Assembly: GCA_041671365.1 (NCBI GenBank) | Contig: JBAZBP010000001.1 | Location: forward strand, 325,518-389,517 | From: Patescibacteria group bacterium | Lineage (GTDB): Bacteria; Patescibacteriota; Patescibacteriia; Patescibacteriales; UBA12465 | Direction of reading: 5' to 3' | Length of the DNA: 64,000 nt | Shown: one piece after another, positions 18,494 to 28,397 of the stretch | How the letters are laid out: each line of letters starts with the position of its first letter | Position numbering within the stretch: position 1 is the stretch's first letter | Program-made: the position numbers and the translations under genes | Notes under the pieces: generated by a model | Seen by the model: the letters and a program-made list of their open reading frames with translations, nothing else | Databases searched by the model: none | Told to the model about the DNA's origin: nothing

Positions 18494-20065
18494 ATGCCTA
18501 GAACTAAATTAGAGAAGGTCGCCACTAAGTCGACTCGCGCCAAAGTTGTAAAAAAAACTGTCATAAAAACTCTTCGTCCCAAAAAAAGAACCAGGTCGAT
18601 TTTGGTCGATGTAATCGAAGATGAGCCAATAAATTCCGATTCGTCCTGGCTGGCGCCGGAAGACAAGTTGGAAACTAAAAATTTAGAACCGCTTGAGGAA
18701 AAAAATGCAGTTTTGGAAACCGAGCTTGCTTCTCAAAAAAAACAGTCCGCGAATAATGAGACTGATACAGAAATTGATCGACAAAAAATTTTTTTTGAAG
18801 GTTTGGCCGCAAAAATAAAAAATAAAGGTCAGGAGTCGGAAAAATCCGAAGAAGGCCAAAAAAAATATCGGAGTGTCGGTCTGTATCGCCGCTTAGTGAT
18901 TAAATTTATAATTTTAGTGAGTATTTTAGCCGTCGTGGTTGTTTATTTTTCTTTTTCAAAATTAACGGTCACTATAAATTTAAAGGGAGAAACAATTAAT
19001 GACAGCCTGCTTTTGAAAGTTGTCGATAATAGCTTTAGTTTGGCCAGCACTAGCGTCGATATGGCTTCGAACTCGGCGGCAACTTCCGCGACCGTTAGCT
19101 TGATCGATCAAAACGATCCGCGAGAAACGGTTAACGGAACTATTAAAGAGATTAATACTAGCGTGGTTAAAACCTATCCGGCTAACGGCGAAACATTTAT
19201 CGGCAACGAAATAGTCGGTCGAGTTAATATTATCAATAACTATAATAAAGATCAGGCTCTCGTGGCTACAACGAGAATACTTAGTCCGGATAATAAATTA
19301 TATCGAATTAAAGAAGCAGTCAATGTTCCGGCCGGCGGACAAGTAGCGGTTGATATTTATGCGGACAAACCTAGCGCGGAAATGGTTAGCGGCGTGACCA
19401 CCTTTACCATTCCCGGATTATGGGCAGGTTTGCAGGATAAAATTTATGCTAAAAATGAGGCACCCTTTACTTTTAGCCAAAAAATAAAAAAATATGTTAA
19501 TTCCAGCGACCTGGCTTACGCGGCTCAAGATATTAATACGACTCTGGTCGCCGCCGCCAAAACTAAAGCCGCTGCCGATAATACTTTGGACCCGAATGTA
19601 GATTGGTTTTATATTACCAACGACCCGGCTATAATTACGATTAACGCTAAAGTGGGTGCTGAACAATCGGAATTTAAGGCTGAGGCGACGGGAAAAATAG
19701 TCGCGGTTTCCTTTTCAAAAAATGAAGTTGCTCGATTAGCCGCCGCTAAATTAAATTTAATTATTCCCGACGGCAAAGAGTTAACGGATTTTAATGCGGC
19801 TAATATTATTTATAGTCTTGATAGCTATGATTCGGTTTCTCGGACGGCGACCGTTAAGGCTACTTTTACCGGTACTATGGTGTTGACTGGCGATTCGGTT
19901 GTTGTCAATCCCGCGCAGCTATTGAATCTTACATCCGATCAAATAGACAGCTATTTAAAAAATCAGCCGGAAATAAGCAGTTATGCTTTAAAGTTTTTTC
20001 CGTCGTTTATAAAAAGAGCGCCGAGTTTAGTGGATCGGATTAAAATTATTATCAGCAAAAATTAA
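18494..20065 (+). CDS. hypothetical single-pass membrane protein (Lys-rich cytoplasmic N-terminus, large extracytoplasmic domain)
   Basis: Long ORF with one TM segment (LVIKFIILVSILAVVVVYFSF). No motif recognised. Confidence 0.5.
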   Translation: MPRTKLEKVATKSTRAKVVKKTVIKTLRPKKRTRSILVDVIEDEPINSDSSWLAPEDKLETKNLEPLEEKNAVLETELASQKKQSANNETDTEIDRQKIFFEGLAAKIKNKGQESEKSEEGQKKYRSVGLYRRLVIKFIILVSILAVVVVYFSFSKLTVTINLKGETINDSLLLKVVDNSFSLASTSVDMASNSAATSATVSLIDQNDPRETVNGTIKEINTSVVKTYPANGETFIGNEIVGRVNIINNYNKDQALVATTRILSPDNKLYRIKEAVNVPAGGQVAVDIYADKPSAEMVSGVTTFTIPGLWAGLQDKIYAKNEAPFTFSQKIKKYVNSSDLAYAAQDINTTLVAAAKTKAAADNTLDPNVDWFYITNDPAIITINAKVGAEQSEFKAEATGKIVAVSFSKNEVARLAAAKLNLIIPDGKELTDFNAANIIYSLDSYDSVSRTATVKATFTGTMVLTGDSVVVNPAQLLNLTSDQIDSYLKNQPEISSYALKFFPSFIKRAPSLVDRIKIIISKN

Positions 20066-20115
20066 CATTAATTTTTAAAAAACGCTTCAATATAAATCGG
20101 GAGCGTTTTTAATTT

Positions 20116-21069
20116 TTAGAATAATCCGAGAAATTTACTTTTTGCCTGGGAGCTTGTTTTTTTTAAATAAATATTATAAGCTTCGGCCGCATTTTTATTG
20201 TGAAAAATAATAGCACTTAAAGCGGCCGCGAGACGAGAGGCGTCTTCTAAGGAGCGTTGATGCAAGTTTCGACCCATGGCTAAACCATTGGTGCCGGAGA
20301 TCTTGATTTGGGCGGAGAGGTCTTCCAATAAGTTTTTGACGGTACGATAACTGCCGCCGACGCAAATAATTTTTGTTCGGCCGGCCGCTTGGGTTGCTTC
20401 TTGAAATTTTTTGGCGGTGGCCAGCCGGTTTTTAAGCGTCACAGGATATTTAACTTTGGCAAAATCAGCATCTAAAGCCGCCGCGACGCCCGCCCCGCCG
20501 GCGATAGTATGAATATTTTCTTCGTTTATTTTGGGGCCGCGCGGATAAACCCAGAGTATGGCGGTCAGTCCGGCCTGATGAGCCTGGTAAACGACTTGAG
20601 CAGCCGCAGCCAACATTTTAGCTTCATATCGTCCGCCTAAGTAGAGGGTATAACCAAGGCCGACAATTTTTAGACCGCTATCTTTTTTAAATTTAATAAT
20701 ATCCGCTACCGACCACCAGAGCCGGCTGGAGTTTGAGGCTTCGCCTTTGTTTAAGTTAGTTTTACCATTCAATTTTACAACATAAGGAACAGATCGATAG
20801 TCTTGGCCGTAACGGGCAATAAGCCCCAGATGAGTAGCCAAAACTCCGTGAGCTGAAGCCGCGGCAATTTTAAATAGATGTTCAGGATCATTATCTTCCG
20901 GGGAAATATCAACTCCGGAAAAGTCATCGTTTAAATGTTCAACTTTTTGGTCCCCGGCAATTAGCAGGAGGCGACCGGTACCGCCTGTCAGGATATGATA
21001 ATTTTTCTGATATTCATTTTTTTGGCTTCCCGGGACGCTCAGGGGTATTTGAATTTTTTGTTTAGTCAT
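20116..21069 (-). CDS. class I aldolase of the DhnA/FbaB (archaeal-type fructose-bisphosphate aldolase) family
   Basis: TIM-barrel-like pattern with LIAGDQKVEH, VVKLNG and DADFAKVKYP (candidate Schiff-base Lys). Family assignment is from motif memory. Confidence 0.7.
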   Translation of the reverse strand: MTKQKIQIPLSVPGSQKNEYQKNYHILTGGTGRLLLIAGDQKVEHLNDDFSGVDISPEDNDPEHLFKIAAASAHGVLATHLGLIARYGQDYRSVPYVVKLNGKTNLNKGEASNSSRLWWSVADIIKFKKDSGLKIVGLGYTLYLGGRYEAKMLAAAAQVVYQAHQAGLTAILWVYPRGPKINEENIHTIAGGAGVAAALDADFAKVKYPVTLKNRLATAKKFQEATQAAGRTKIICVGGSYRTVKNLLEDLSAQIKISGTNGLAMGRNLHQRSLEDASRLAAALSAIIFHNKNAAEAYNIYLKKTSSQAKSKFLGLF

Positions 21070-21135
21070 ATGGAATATTTATAAATTTGTAATAATATGA
21101 TATTATAAGAGCAATGAAAATATTATATCATAAAT

Positions 21136-22038
21136 ATGTCAAAAGAGGAAAATTTTAATAAAGACATTGATTTAAAAAAATATAACGATTCTGACGGTTT
21201 AAGTTTAAATAAGCTTGATTTTGGTTTGTGGTTATCGGAAAATAGAAAAAAAATACGTCAGCTCCTAACCCTTATTCTTATAATATTTTCTGTTTTGATT
21301 TTTTCTTTTTCGGCCTATAATTATTTTATTTATTTTAGCTCCGGCGACTTAAATAATCTGGCGGTCGAGGGCAGCGTGCCAATCTCGCCTCGGCAAGCAG
21401 TGTCCGACTTGGAGGTTGCCCCTCTGCAGGTTTTTAACGGTTTAGAAAGTAGCGATTTGGCGGTCAAGATAAACAATCCGAACGACAAATTCATGGTCAG
21501 TTTTAAATATTGTTTTACTTTGGACAAGCAGAACTTGGCCTGCGATCAAAATTATTTAATGCCCGGCGAAGGGAAGTATATCCTGGCTCTCGGGCAGGCT
21601 TTAAACGGTGATGCTGGCCAGATAGTCTTTAATATTTCTGATATTTCCTGGCAGAGAATCGATATACATTTAATCCCGAATTGGAATGATTATCTCGGCA
21701 GTCATTTAAATTTTCAAGTGACTAATTTAAAATTAACGCCCGCTCAGACGAGCAACTTATCTCAGAAAATCGGTTTGAATATTTTAGAATTTTCTATAAA
21801 AAATAAAACCGCTTACAGTTATTATAAAATACCGCTCAATCTTTTATTTTTTAGCGGTGAAAATTTAGTTGGCGTGCATCGTTTTTTCTTAGAAAATTTT
21901 TTAACCGGAGAGGCCAGGGACGTAAAAATTGTTTGGACCGGTAATTTGCCGAACGTCGACCAGACTCAAGTTCAGCCGGATATTAATTTGCTGGATAGTG
22001 GCGTTTATTTGCCCTATGGTCAAGCAAATTCCCATTAA
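21136..22038 (+). CDS. hypothetical membrane-anchored protein
   Basis: ORF with one TM segment (LLTLILIIFSVLIFSFSAYNYFIYF), directly upstream of the SEDS gene. Confidence 0.45.
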   Translation: MSKEENFNKDIDLKKYNDSDGLSLNKLDFGLWLSENRKKIRQLLTLILIIFSVLIFSFSAYNYFIYFSSGDLNNLAVEGSVPISPRQAVSDLEVAPLQVFNGLESSDLAVKINNPNDKFMVSFKYCFTLDKQNLACDQNYLMPGEGKYILALGQALNGDAGQIVFNISDISWQRIDIHLIPNWNDYLGSHLNFQVTNLKLTPAQTSNLSQKIGLNILEFSIKNKTAYSYYKIPLNLLFFSGENLVGVHRFFLENFLTGEARDVKIVWTGNLPNVDQTQVQPDINLLDSGVYLPYGQANSH

Positions 22039-22043
22039 TATTT

Positions 22044-23150
22044 ATGCTGAGCCGTTTAAAACTTTATATAAAAAATTTTGATTGGATTATTCTGGCCGCC
22101 GTTTTACTGCTGGTCAGTTTTGGTTTGATGGAAATTTATAGTGTCGCCTTGGGACAAAATAGTACTAATTTGCTATTTTTTAAAAAACAGTTAATCTTTG
22201 CTTTTAGCGGTTTTATCGGGTTATTTATTTTTTCTTTTCTTGATTCTTACTTTCTGAAAAGTCTCAGTCGTTATTTTTATTTTTTAAGCGTTATTTTTTT
22301 AGTAGCCGTATTGATTTTTGGTCATAATATTCGCGGTCATCAGGGCTGGATAGTTTTAGCCGGTTTTACAGTTCAACCCGTGGAATTGGTTAAAATTATT
22401 CTTATTTTATTTCTCGCCAATTTTTTTGCTAATTTAGCCACTAAAGTTAAAACTACCAGTCATTTTATTATTTCGACTTTAAGTGTTTGGTTTTTGATTT
22501 TTTTAGTTTTGTTGCAACCCGATCTCGGTTCGGCAATTATCTTGGGATCAATTTGGCTGATCATGGTCATGGCCGCCGGTTTTAATAAAAAATATTTTAT
22601 TATTATTATCATGGCGGTGGCTGTATTTTTCTTCGCTTCCTGGTTCTTAATGTTCAAAGATTATCAAAAAGCCAGAATTGTTAATTTTTTAAATCCCGGA
22701 GCGAATTCTCAGGAATCCGGCTATAACATTTCGCAGGCAATGATTGCCGTCGGTTCCGGCGGTTTAATTGGTAAAGGGGTGGGCGCCGGCTCGCAATCTC
22801 AGTTAAAATTCTTGCCGGAAGCTCATACAGATTTTATTTTTTCGGTTATCGCCGAAGAATTGGGTCTGGTCGGCGTTGTTTTGGTGATAACTTTTTATTT
22901 TATTTTCTTTTATCGTTGTTGGCGAGTTTTACACCAAATCAATAACGATTTCGGCATTTATTTCCTAATTGGCGGGGGTGGCTTGATTTTTGTGCAAATG
23001 TTTATTAATATAGGTATGAACTTGGGAATTATGCCGATAGTTGGCTTACCCTTGCCGTTTATAAGCTATGGCGGCAGTTCCTTGGTGTCCCTCTTAATTT
23101 TAGTGGGAATAATCGAGAATATTATTATTAAATCAAAGATTAGTTACTAA
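22044..23150 (+). CDS. SEDS-family peptidoglycan glycosyltransferase (FtsW/RodA/SpoVE)
   Basis: QPVELVKI, LQPDLGSAI, GSGGLIGKGVGAGSQSQLKFLPEAHTDFIFSVIAEELG and PLPFISYGGSS. Confidence 0.9.
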   Translation: MLSRLKLYIKNFDWIILAAVLLLVSFGLMEIYSVALGQNSTNLLFFKKQLIFAFSGFIGLFIFSFLDSYFLKSLSRYFYFLSVIFLVAVLIFGHNIRGHQGWIVLAGFTVQPVELVKIILILFLANFFANLATKVKTTSHFIISTLSVWFLIFLVLLQPDLGSAIILGSIWLIMVMAAGFNKKYFIIIIMAVAVFFFASWFLMFKDYQKARIVNFLNPGANSQESGYNISQAMIAVGSGGLIGKGVGAGSQSQLKFLPEAHTDFIFSVIAEELGLVGVVLVITFYFIFFYRCWRVLHQINNDFGIYFLIGGGGLIFVQMFINIGMNLGIMPIVGLPLPFISYGGSSLVSLLILVGIIENIIIKSKISY

Positions 23151-23154
23151 ATTT

Positions 23155-23802
23155 ATGACTATTAAATTAGGTGTTCAGGTGCGAGAACCGAAAGAAAAAT
23201 TAAATTCAGATTTTATTCCCGGAGTTTTATATGGCAAGGGGCGAGAAAATCAAAATTTAAAGATTAAAAAAACGGAATTTGATAAAGTTTTTAAAAGCGC
23301 CGGCGAGTCAAATTTAATTGATTTAGACTATGGTACCGGAGCCGTTAAGGTTCTCATTAAAGATACGCAGCGCGATGTCATGAAAAATTTTTTTACTCAT
23401 GTCGATTTCTATCAAGTCAATATGAAAGAAAAAATTATGACGGAAATTCCCCTGCATTTTATCGGAGAATCTAAAGCGATTAAAGAATTGGGCGGTGTCT
23501 TAATTAAAGATATGAGTATTTTGGAACTGGAGTGCTTGCCCGGTGATTTGGTTGATCATATCGATGTAGATATTTCGGTATTAAAAACTTTTGACGATAC
23601 TATTAGAATCAATGATTTAAAATTGCCGTCCGGTATGAGTTTAGTGCATCATACTAATGAAATGATTGCCGCCGTTAGAGAGCCGAAGGTTGAGGCGGAA
23701 CCGGAACCGACTCCGGCGGCCGTGGAGGCGGGAACCGGAACAGCTCCGGTAACAGGCGCCGCGTCAACGGGAGAGGTTAAAAAAGAAACGGACAAAAAAT
23801 AG
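23155..23802 (+). CDS. rplY: 50S ribosomal protein L25/general stress protein Ctc (long form)
   Basis: IPGVLYGKG, a VLIKDTQRD....HVDFYQV pattern, and an acidic/Pro-rich C-terminal tail. Ends with TAG. Confidence 0.85.
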   Translation: MTIKLGVQVREPKEKLNSDFIPGVLYGKGRENQNLKIKKTEFDKVFKSAGESNLIDLDYGTGAVKVLIKDTQRDVMKNFFTHVDFYQVNMKEKIMTEIPLHFIGESKAIKELGGVLIKDMSILELECLPGDLVDHIDVDISVLKTFDDTIRINDLKLPSGMSLVHHTNEMIAAVREPKVEAEPEPTPAAVEAGTGTAPVTGAASTGEVKKETDKK

Positions 23803-23833
23803 AACCAAAACTTAGAAAAACTAAAAATAAGAT

Positions 23834-23860
23834 AAAACCCCGGAATTAGCCGGGGTTTTT
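23834..23860. terminator. bidirectional terminator between rplY and prmC
   Basis: aaaaccccgg-aattag-ccggggtttt. Overlaps the prmC stop codon. Confidence 0.6.
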
Positions 23861-24739
23861 CATTATTAGTAGACGATTTTTTTTAGTTAGATCTTTGTAT
23901 ATTTTTAGTTCGGTTTTTAAAAATATCTTTTTGGCGGCGGTTTTAATTTTTGATGATTGTTTGGAGTCAATTTCGCACAGCACATAAGCGGGGAGATGAA
24001 GTGTTTTTAAATTTTTAAATAATTCTCGGTAATATTTTAAGCCATCCGAACCGCCGTTTAAAGCCAAGCGCGGTTCGCGGCTAATGCTCGGCGATTCTTT
24101 GATTTGTTTCGGGGTTAGATAAGGCAGGTTAGCGGTAATAAATAATCTATAATTCTTTATTTTTTTATGGTTTAGTTTTAAGGGATCCAGCAAATTACCG
24201 CGATAAAATTTTATTTTATTACCTAGTTTATAATTTTTGGCATTTTTTTTGGCAGTATTTAAGGCGGTGTAGGAAATATCGGTGGCCGCAAATTTAGTAT
24301 TTTTAAAAAGAGGGGGGAAGAGGCGCTTTAATTCTTGGGCGACGCTAATAATAATCGCTCCCGAACCCGTGCCGATATCTATTATATATGGTGTTTGTTT
24401 TACATTTAATGTGGTTTTAATATGTTCAATAATTTTATCAACCATCATTTCGGTTTCCGGGCGAGGAATTAAGACGGTCGAGCCGACTATAAAATTTAGA
24501 CCATAAAATTCTTTTTGACCGGTTAAGTAAGCGATTGGCCAATTATTTAAGCGTTTAATTTCTAGTGATTTAAATTTTTTATAGAGCCCGGGAGTTATTT
24601 TCGTTTCCGGGTGAGTTAATACGAATTCTCTGGTTTTATTTAATAAAAAAGAAACGAGAATTTCCGCCTCTAATCTAGGCAAGGAAGATTCTTTAAAAAT
24701 TAGGCTAATATTATATATTTTTTTCTTAAATATTGACAT
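23846..24739 (-). CDS. prmC: release factor glutamine N5-methyltransferase PrmC/HemK
   Basis: SAM motif IIDIGTGSGAI and the catalytic NPPY variant ANLPY. Located next to prfA. Confidence 0.88.
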   Translation of the reverse strand: MSIFKKKIYNISLIFKESSLPRLEAEILVSFLLNKTREFVLTHPETKITPGLYKKFKSLEIKRLNNWPIAYLTGQKEFYGLNFIVGSTVLIPRPETEMMVDKIIEHIKTTLNVKQTPYIIDIGTGSGAIIISVAQELKRLFPPLFKNTKFAATDISYTALNTAKKNAKNYKLGNKIKFYRGNLLDPLKLNHKKIKNYRLFITANLPYLTPKQIKESPSISREPRLALNGGSDGLKYYRELFKNLKTLHLPAYVLCEIDSKQSSKIKTAAKKIFLKTELKIYKDLTKKNRLLIMKNPG

Positions 24740-24826
24740 TTTATGATAAATATAGTAAATTTATTATAATAAATATCGTACATTTATTGTAATTAAATTT
24801 TTCTTTAACAAACAAGGATAAAGATC

Positions 24827-25111
24827 ATGCAAAATACTATTTTTAATTTTATGCCTGACAGAAAGAGTATAGTAAGGTGGATTCTTTTCGGGATATTAAC
24901 AAGTTCTTTCTCGTTTTGCTTTATAATTTCTAATGCTATTAAAATAATCAGGGGGGAAGAGATTTTTTTAGTCTTAGTAACTCCTACCGTTACTTTGCTC
25001 ATTGGGAGCTTGGGGTTTCTGTCTGGAATATTTATTGTTGTTATAAAAGTTGTAGAAATACTTGAGACCTTATATGATAGATTAGTAACAATAGATCAAA
25101 AAATAAAATAA
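24827..25111 (+). CDS. hypothetical small membrane protein
   Basis: 94-aa ORF with 2-3 hydrophobic segments. Lies on the opposite strand inside the prfA-prmC gap. Confidence 0.4.
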   Translation: MQNTIFNFMPDRKSIVRWILFGILTSSFSFCFIISNAIKIIRGEEIFLVLVTPTVTLLIGSLGFLSGIFIVVIKVVEILETLYDRLVTIDQKIK

Positions 25112-25125
25112 TACTGTAGGAGAAA

Positions 25126-25227
25126 ATGAAAATGAAAAAAACAGTTATTGCCGCTAAAGTGATCGTTGCAATTTTGTTAGCTCTTATCATTGCTGCCAAT
25201 GTCGGTAATATACCAATTAAGTTTTAA
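25126..25227 (+). CDS. candidate 33-aa hydrophobic peptide (MKMKKTVIAAKVIVAILLALIIAANVGNIPIKF)
   Basis: Not in the ORF track because it is under 60 aa. A strong SD (taggaga) lies 4-5 nt upstream of the ATG. One TM helix. A terminator follows. Confidence 0.3.
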   Translation: MKMKKTVIAAKVIVAILLALIIAANVGNIPIKF

Positions 25228-25258
25228 CCTGGGCCTTTGGAGCTCATAAGTTGAAACT

Positions 25259-25295
25259 AAACCGTTTGATGACGAAAGTCTAAACGGTTTTTTTA
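25259..25295. terminator. intrinsic terminator (aaaccgttt ... aaacggttt + T-tract)
   Basis: 9-bp stem with a 13-nt loop, followed by tttttt. Abuts the prfA stop codon. Confidence 0.55.
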
Positions 25296-26345
25296 TTATT
25301 TAACCACCTCCGCCTTGGCCGCTTTTTTTAAAGATAAGATCATCTCTTCAATTTCTCCATCCATGATTCTAATGATGCTGTGCCAAGAAATATTAATTCG
25401 ATGATCAGTGACTCGATCCTGAGGAAAATTATAGGTACGAATTTTATCGGCTCGATCGCCGGCACCGACTTGCGTTTGATGAGCGTTGGAGCTGGCCAGT
25501 CGACGTTCAGCTTCTTGCTGAGCTAAAAGTCGGGAACGCAGGACTTGAAAAGCTCGTTCTTTGTTCTGATGCTGGGACCTTTCGGTTTGCGAGCTAACCA
25601 TAATACCGGTCGGAATATGGACCAAACGAACGGCGGAATAAGTGGTATTAACACTTTGGCCGCCCGGACCGCTGGAACAGAAGGTGTCAATCCGGACATC
25701 GCCGGGTTTGATTTCAATATCAACTTCTTCGGCCTCTGGTAGAACCACCACTGTTGCCGTCGAGGTATGAACTCGTCCTTGTTTTTCGGTTTCTGGCACG
25801 CGTTGAACGCGATGCGTTCCGGCCTCGAATTTTAATAGACCATAGGCGCCGTCGCCTTTAACTTCAAAAATAATTTCTTTATAACCGCCGAGGCCGATTA
25901 CGTTGGAATCAATTAAGCTTAATTTCCAATTTTGACGTTCGCAATAACGCGAATACATCCGAAATAAGTCGCCGGCGAATAGAGCGGCTTCATCGCCGCC
26001 TGTACCGGCGCGAATTTCCAGAATAGCATTTTTTTTATCTTTCGGGCTGGCCGGGTGAATTTCTTCTTCTAGTTCCTCGCTTACTTTAATCGCATGAGCG
26101 TTTAATTCGTTTAACTCTTCTTGGGCCATGATTTTCATTTCCGTGTCCGATTCTTGAGAAATTATTTCATTATTTTGTTTAATATCTAAATTTATTTTTT
26201 CCAGCTTTAAAATCAACGTCAGGGCTTTTTTTAAAGCGGCGTGTTCCTGGGAAATCTTTATCAACATTTTTTGATCTTTTAGATTGGCCGGATCCATCAG
26301 TTTTTTTTCTAAATCAGCAAATTTTATCTTAATGTCTTCGTACAT
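25296..26345 (-). CDS. prfA: peptide chain release factor 1
   Basis: GGQ motif SGPGGQSVNTT. RF1-type PxT tripeptide region RVQRVPETEKQGRVHTS. The C-terminus is typical. Confidence 0.95.
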   Translation of the reverse strand: MYEDIKIKFADLEKKLMDPANLKDQKMLIKISQEHAALKKALTLILKLEKINLDIKQNNEIISQESDTEMKIMAQEELNELNAHAIKVSEELEEEIHPASPKDKKNAILEIRAGTGGDEAALFAGDLFRMYSRYCERQNWKLSLIDSNVIGLGGYKEIIFEVKGDGAYGLLKFEAGTHRVQRVPETEKQGRVHTSTATVVVLPEAEEVDIEIKPGDVRIDTFCSSGPGGQSVNTTYSAVRLVHIPTGIMVSSQTERSQHQNKERAFQVLRSRLLAQQEAERRLASSNAHQTQVGAGDRADKIRTYNFPQDRVTDHRINISWHSIIRIMDGEIEEMILSLKKAAKAEVVK

Positions 26346-26472
26346 ATGAATATTCTAATTAATTTATCTATATCGTTTACCAAGCGGTTAATAACAAAAA
26401 CAACTGACGATTATATAATTATTTTAGCATAAATACGCTTAATAATTAAAGCCAGTTGTTTTTTGGGGGCAA

Positions 26473-26808
26473 CTATTTTTTATTTAATTTCACTTGAGCG
26501 ATTTTCTTCAAATCTTTAGTTTTAACGACCACTTCTTTTTTAGCGCGAACTTCAGCGCGGATCGCTCGTTTAACTTTTTTACCCTTTTTGTCTTTAGCGA
26601 CGCCCTCTTTAGCGTTGACTTTAGAGGTGAATTTTTCGACTCGGCGGGCAGTGTCGACTAATTTTTGTTTGCCGGTATAAAAAGGATGACAAGCAGAACA
26701 GAGATCAACTTTAATTTCCGGTTCGGTTGATCCGGTTAAAAATGTATTACCACAGACGCAAGTAACCTTGCAGTTTGGATAGTATTTAGGATGAATATTA
26801 TTCTTCAT
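26473..26808 (-). CDS. rpmE: 50S ribosomal protein L31 with Lys-rich C-terminal extension
   Basis: [10 protein letters not shown]...CVCGN...[13 protein letters not shown] (Cys4 type). About 40 extra K/A/V-rich residues follow the conserved core. Confidence 0.9.
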   Translation of the reverse strand: MKNNIHPKYYPNCKVTCVCGNTFLTGSTEPEIKVDLCSACHPFYTGKQKLVDTARRVEKFTSKVNAKEGVAKDKKGKKVKRAIRAEVRAKKEVVVKTKDLKKIAQVKLNKK

Positions 26809-26927
26809 AATTAGCCCAAAAAAATTTTATTGGTTATAAATAAAATTTCTATTATTATATTTATTTTTATTTTATGGTAATATGATGTTATCATAACTTT
26901 TAAATTTAATCAAGGACTGACCGACTT

Positions 26928-28397
26928 ATGACTAAAATTGTAAATATCGCTAAAAATACTTCATATTTAACTCTAGCCCTGATCTTTCAAAAGGTCATTT
27001 CTTTTACTTATTTTACCTTATTAGCTCGTTATGTCGGGCCGGTTAATCTCGGTAAATATTATTTAGCCATCTCTTTTACTTCAATTTTTGCTATATTTAT
27101 CGATATTGGTTTGTCCAATGTTTTGACGCGCGAAGTAGCTAAAGACGAGAAGCGGGCGGCGAGTTGGCTGGGGAATACAATTAGCATAAAAATTTTATTA
27201 GCCGGCCTGGCTTTAAGCGCGGTTTTTGTTTTAGTGAATATTTTACATTTTGACCCTTTAACTCGTTCTCTGGTTTATATTTCCGCCATTTCTATGGTTT
27301 TAGATTCTTTTACCAATACCTTTTTCGCGGTTATCCGCGGTTTTCATAATTTAAAATATGAAAGCATTTCCTCGATAATTTTTCAATTAATTGTTTTAAC
27401 TCTCGGCTACGGCGCCTTACTCTCCGGCGGGGGTTTGCAGTTAGCCATGGGCGCTTTAGCGTTTGCCAGTCTTTATAATTTTATTTTTTCTATTTCTATT
27501 ATTAAATATCGCTTAAAAATAGCGATACGCACCCTATTTGACCGCTTCGTAATTAAAGGTATTTTAATTATTGCTTGGCCATTTGGTATTTATGCTATTT
27601 TGCAAACTCTTTATACTTATTTAGACACGGTTTTTCTTTCAATTCTGGCCGGCAGCGAACAGGTCGGTTTATATCAAGTAGCTTTTAAAATTATTTTTGC
27701 TCTCCAATTTTTACCCATGGCTTTTAACGCTTCGTTATATCCGGCCATGAGTACTTATTGGCAGACGAATCGCGAACAACTAGCTATTTCTTTTGAGCGA
27801 GCCCTAAATTATTTAATTATTATTTCTTGTCCGCTGGTGGTCGGCGCCTTAGTTTTGGCTCCTAAATTCGCCTTGATCCTTAAGAGCGGTTATAGCGGAG
27901 CTGTTGTGCCAATGCAAATTTCTATTGTTTCCTTGTTTTTTATTTTTGTAAATTATCCTATCGGATCACTGCTTAACGCCTGCGACGCTCAACGTCGGAA
28001 TACTAAAAATATGGCCATCGTCGTTATTTTCAGTATCGGTATGAATCTATTGCTCATTCCTTATTGGCAGGCTAGAGGCGCCAGTTTGACCGTACTCGCT
28101 TCGAGCGGTCTAATGTTTATTCTCGGTTTGTATTATGTTAAAAAAATTATTGTTTATTCCATTAAAAAAAATTTATTGATATTGGGGAAAGTTTTTTTAG
28201 CTTCGCTGGCCATGGGAATACTTGTTTTTACGGGGCAAGCTTATTTAAATATTTTTGTTTTAACGATTCTGGGCGGTTTGCTTTATTTTTTATTTCTATT
28301 CTTTTTGGGCGGTTTCCGACAAGCCGATATTATCAGTATTTACCAATCTTTTAAAAAAAACGAGACCGCCATTAATGAAATTAACGGGAATTTATGA
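26928..28397 (+). CDS. MOP-superfamily oligosaccharide flippase (Wzx-like)
   Basis: About 14 predicted TM segments. N-terminus NTSYLTLALIFQKVISFTYFTLLARYVGPVNLGKY is typical of polysaccharide-biosynthesis flippases. Confidence 0.75.
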   Translation: MTKIVNIAKNTSYLTLALIFQKVISFTYFTLLARYVGPVNLGKYYLAISFTSIFAIFIDIGLSNVLTREVAKDEKRAASWLGNTISIKILLAGLALSAVFVLVNILHFDPLTRSLVYISAISMVLDSFTNTFFAVIRGFHNLKYESISSIIFQLIVLTLGYGALLSGGGLQLAMGALAFASLYNFIFSISIIKYRLKIAIRTLFDRFVIKGILIIAWPFGIYAILQTLYTYLDTVFLSILAGSEQVGLYQVAFKIIFALQFLPMAFNASLYPAMSTYWQTNREQLAISFERALNYLIIISCPLVVGALVLAPKFALILKSGYSGAVVPMQISIVSLFFIFVNYPIGSLLNACDAQRRNTKNMAIVVIFSIGMNLLLIPYWQARGASLTVLASSGLMFILGLYYVKKIIVYSIKKNLLILGKVFLASLAMGILVFTGQAYLNIFVLTILGGLLYFLFLFFLGGFRQADIISIYQSFKKNETAINEINGNL

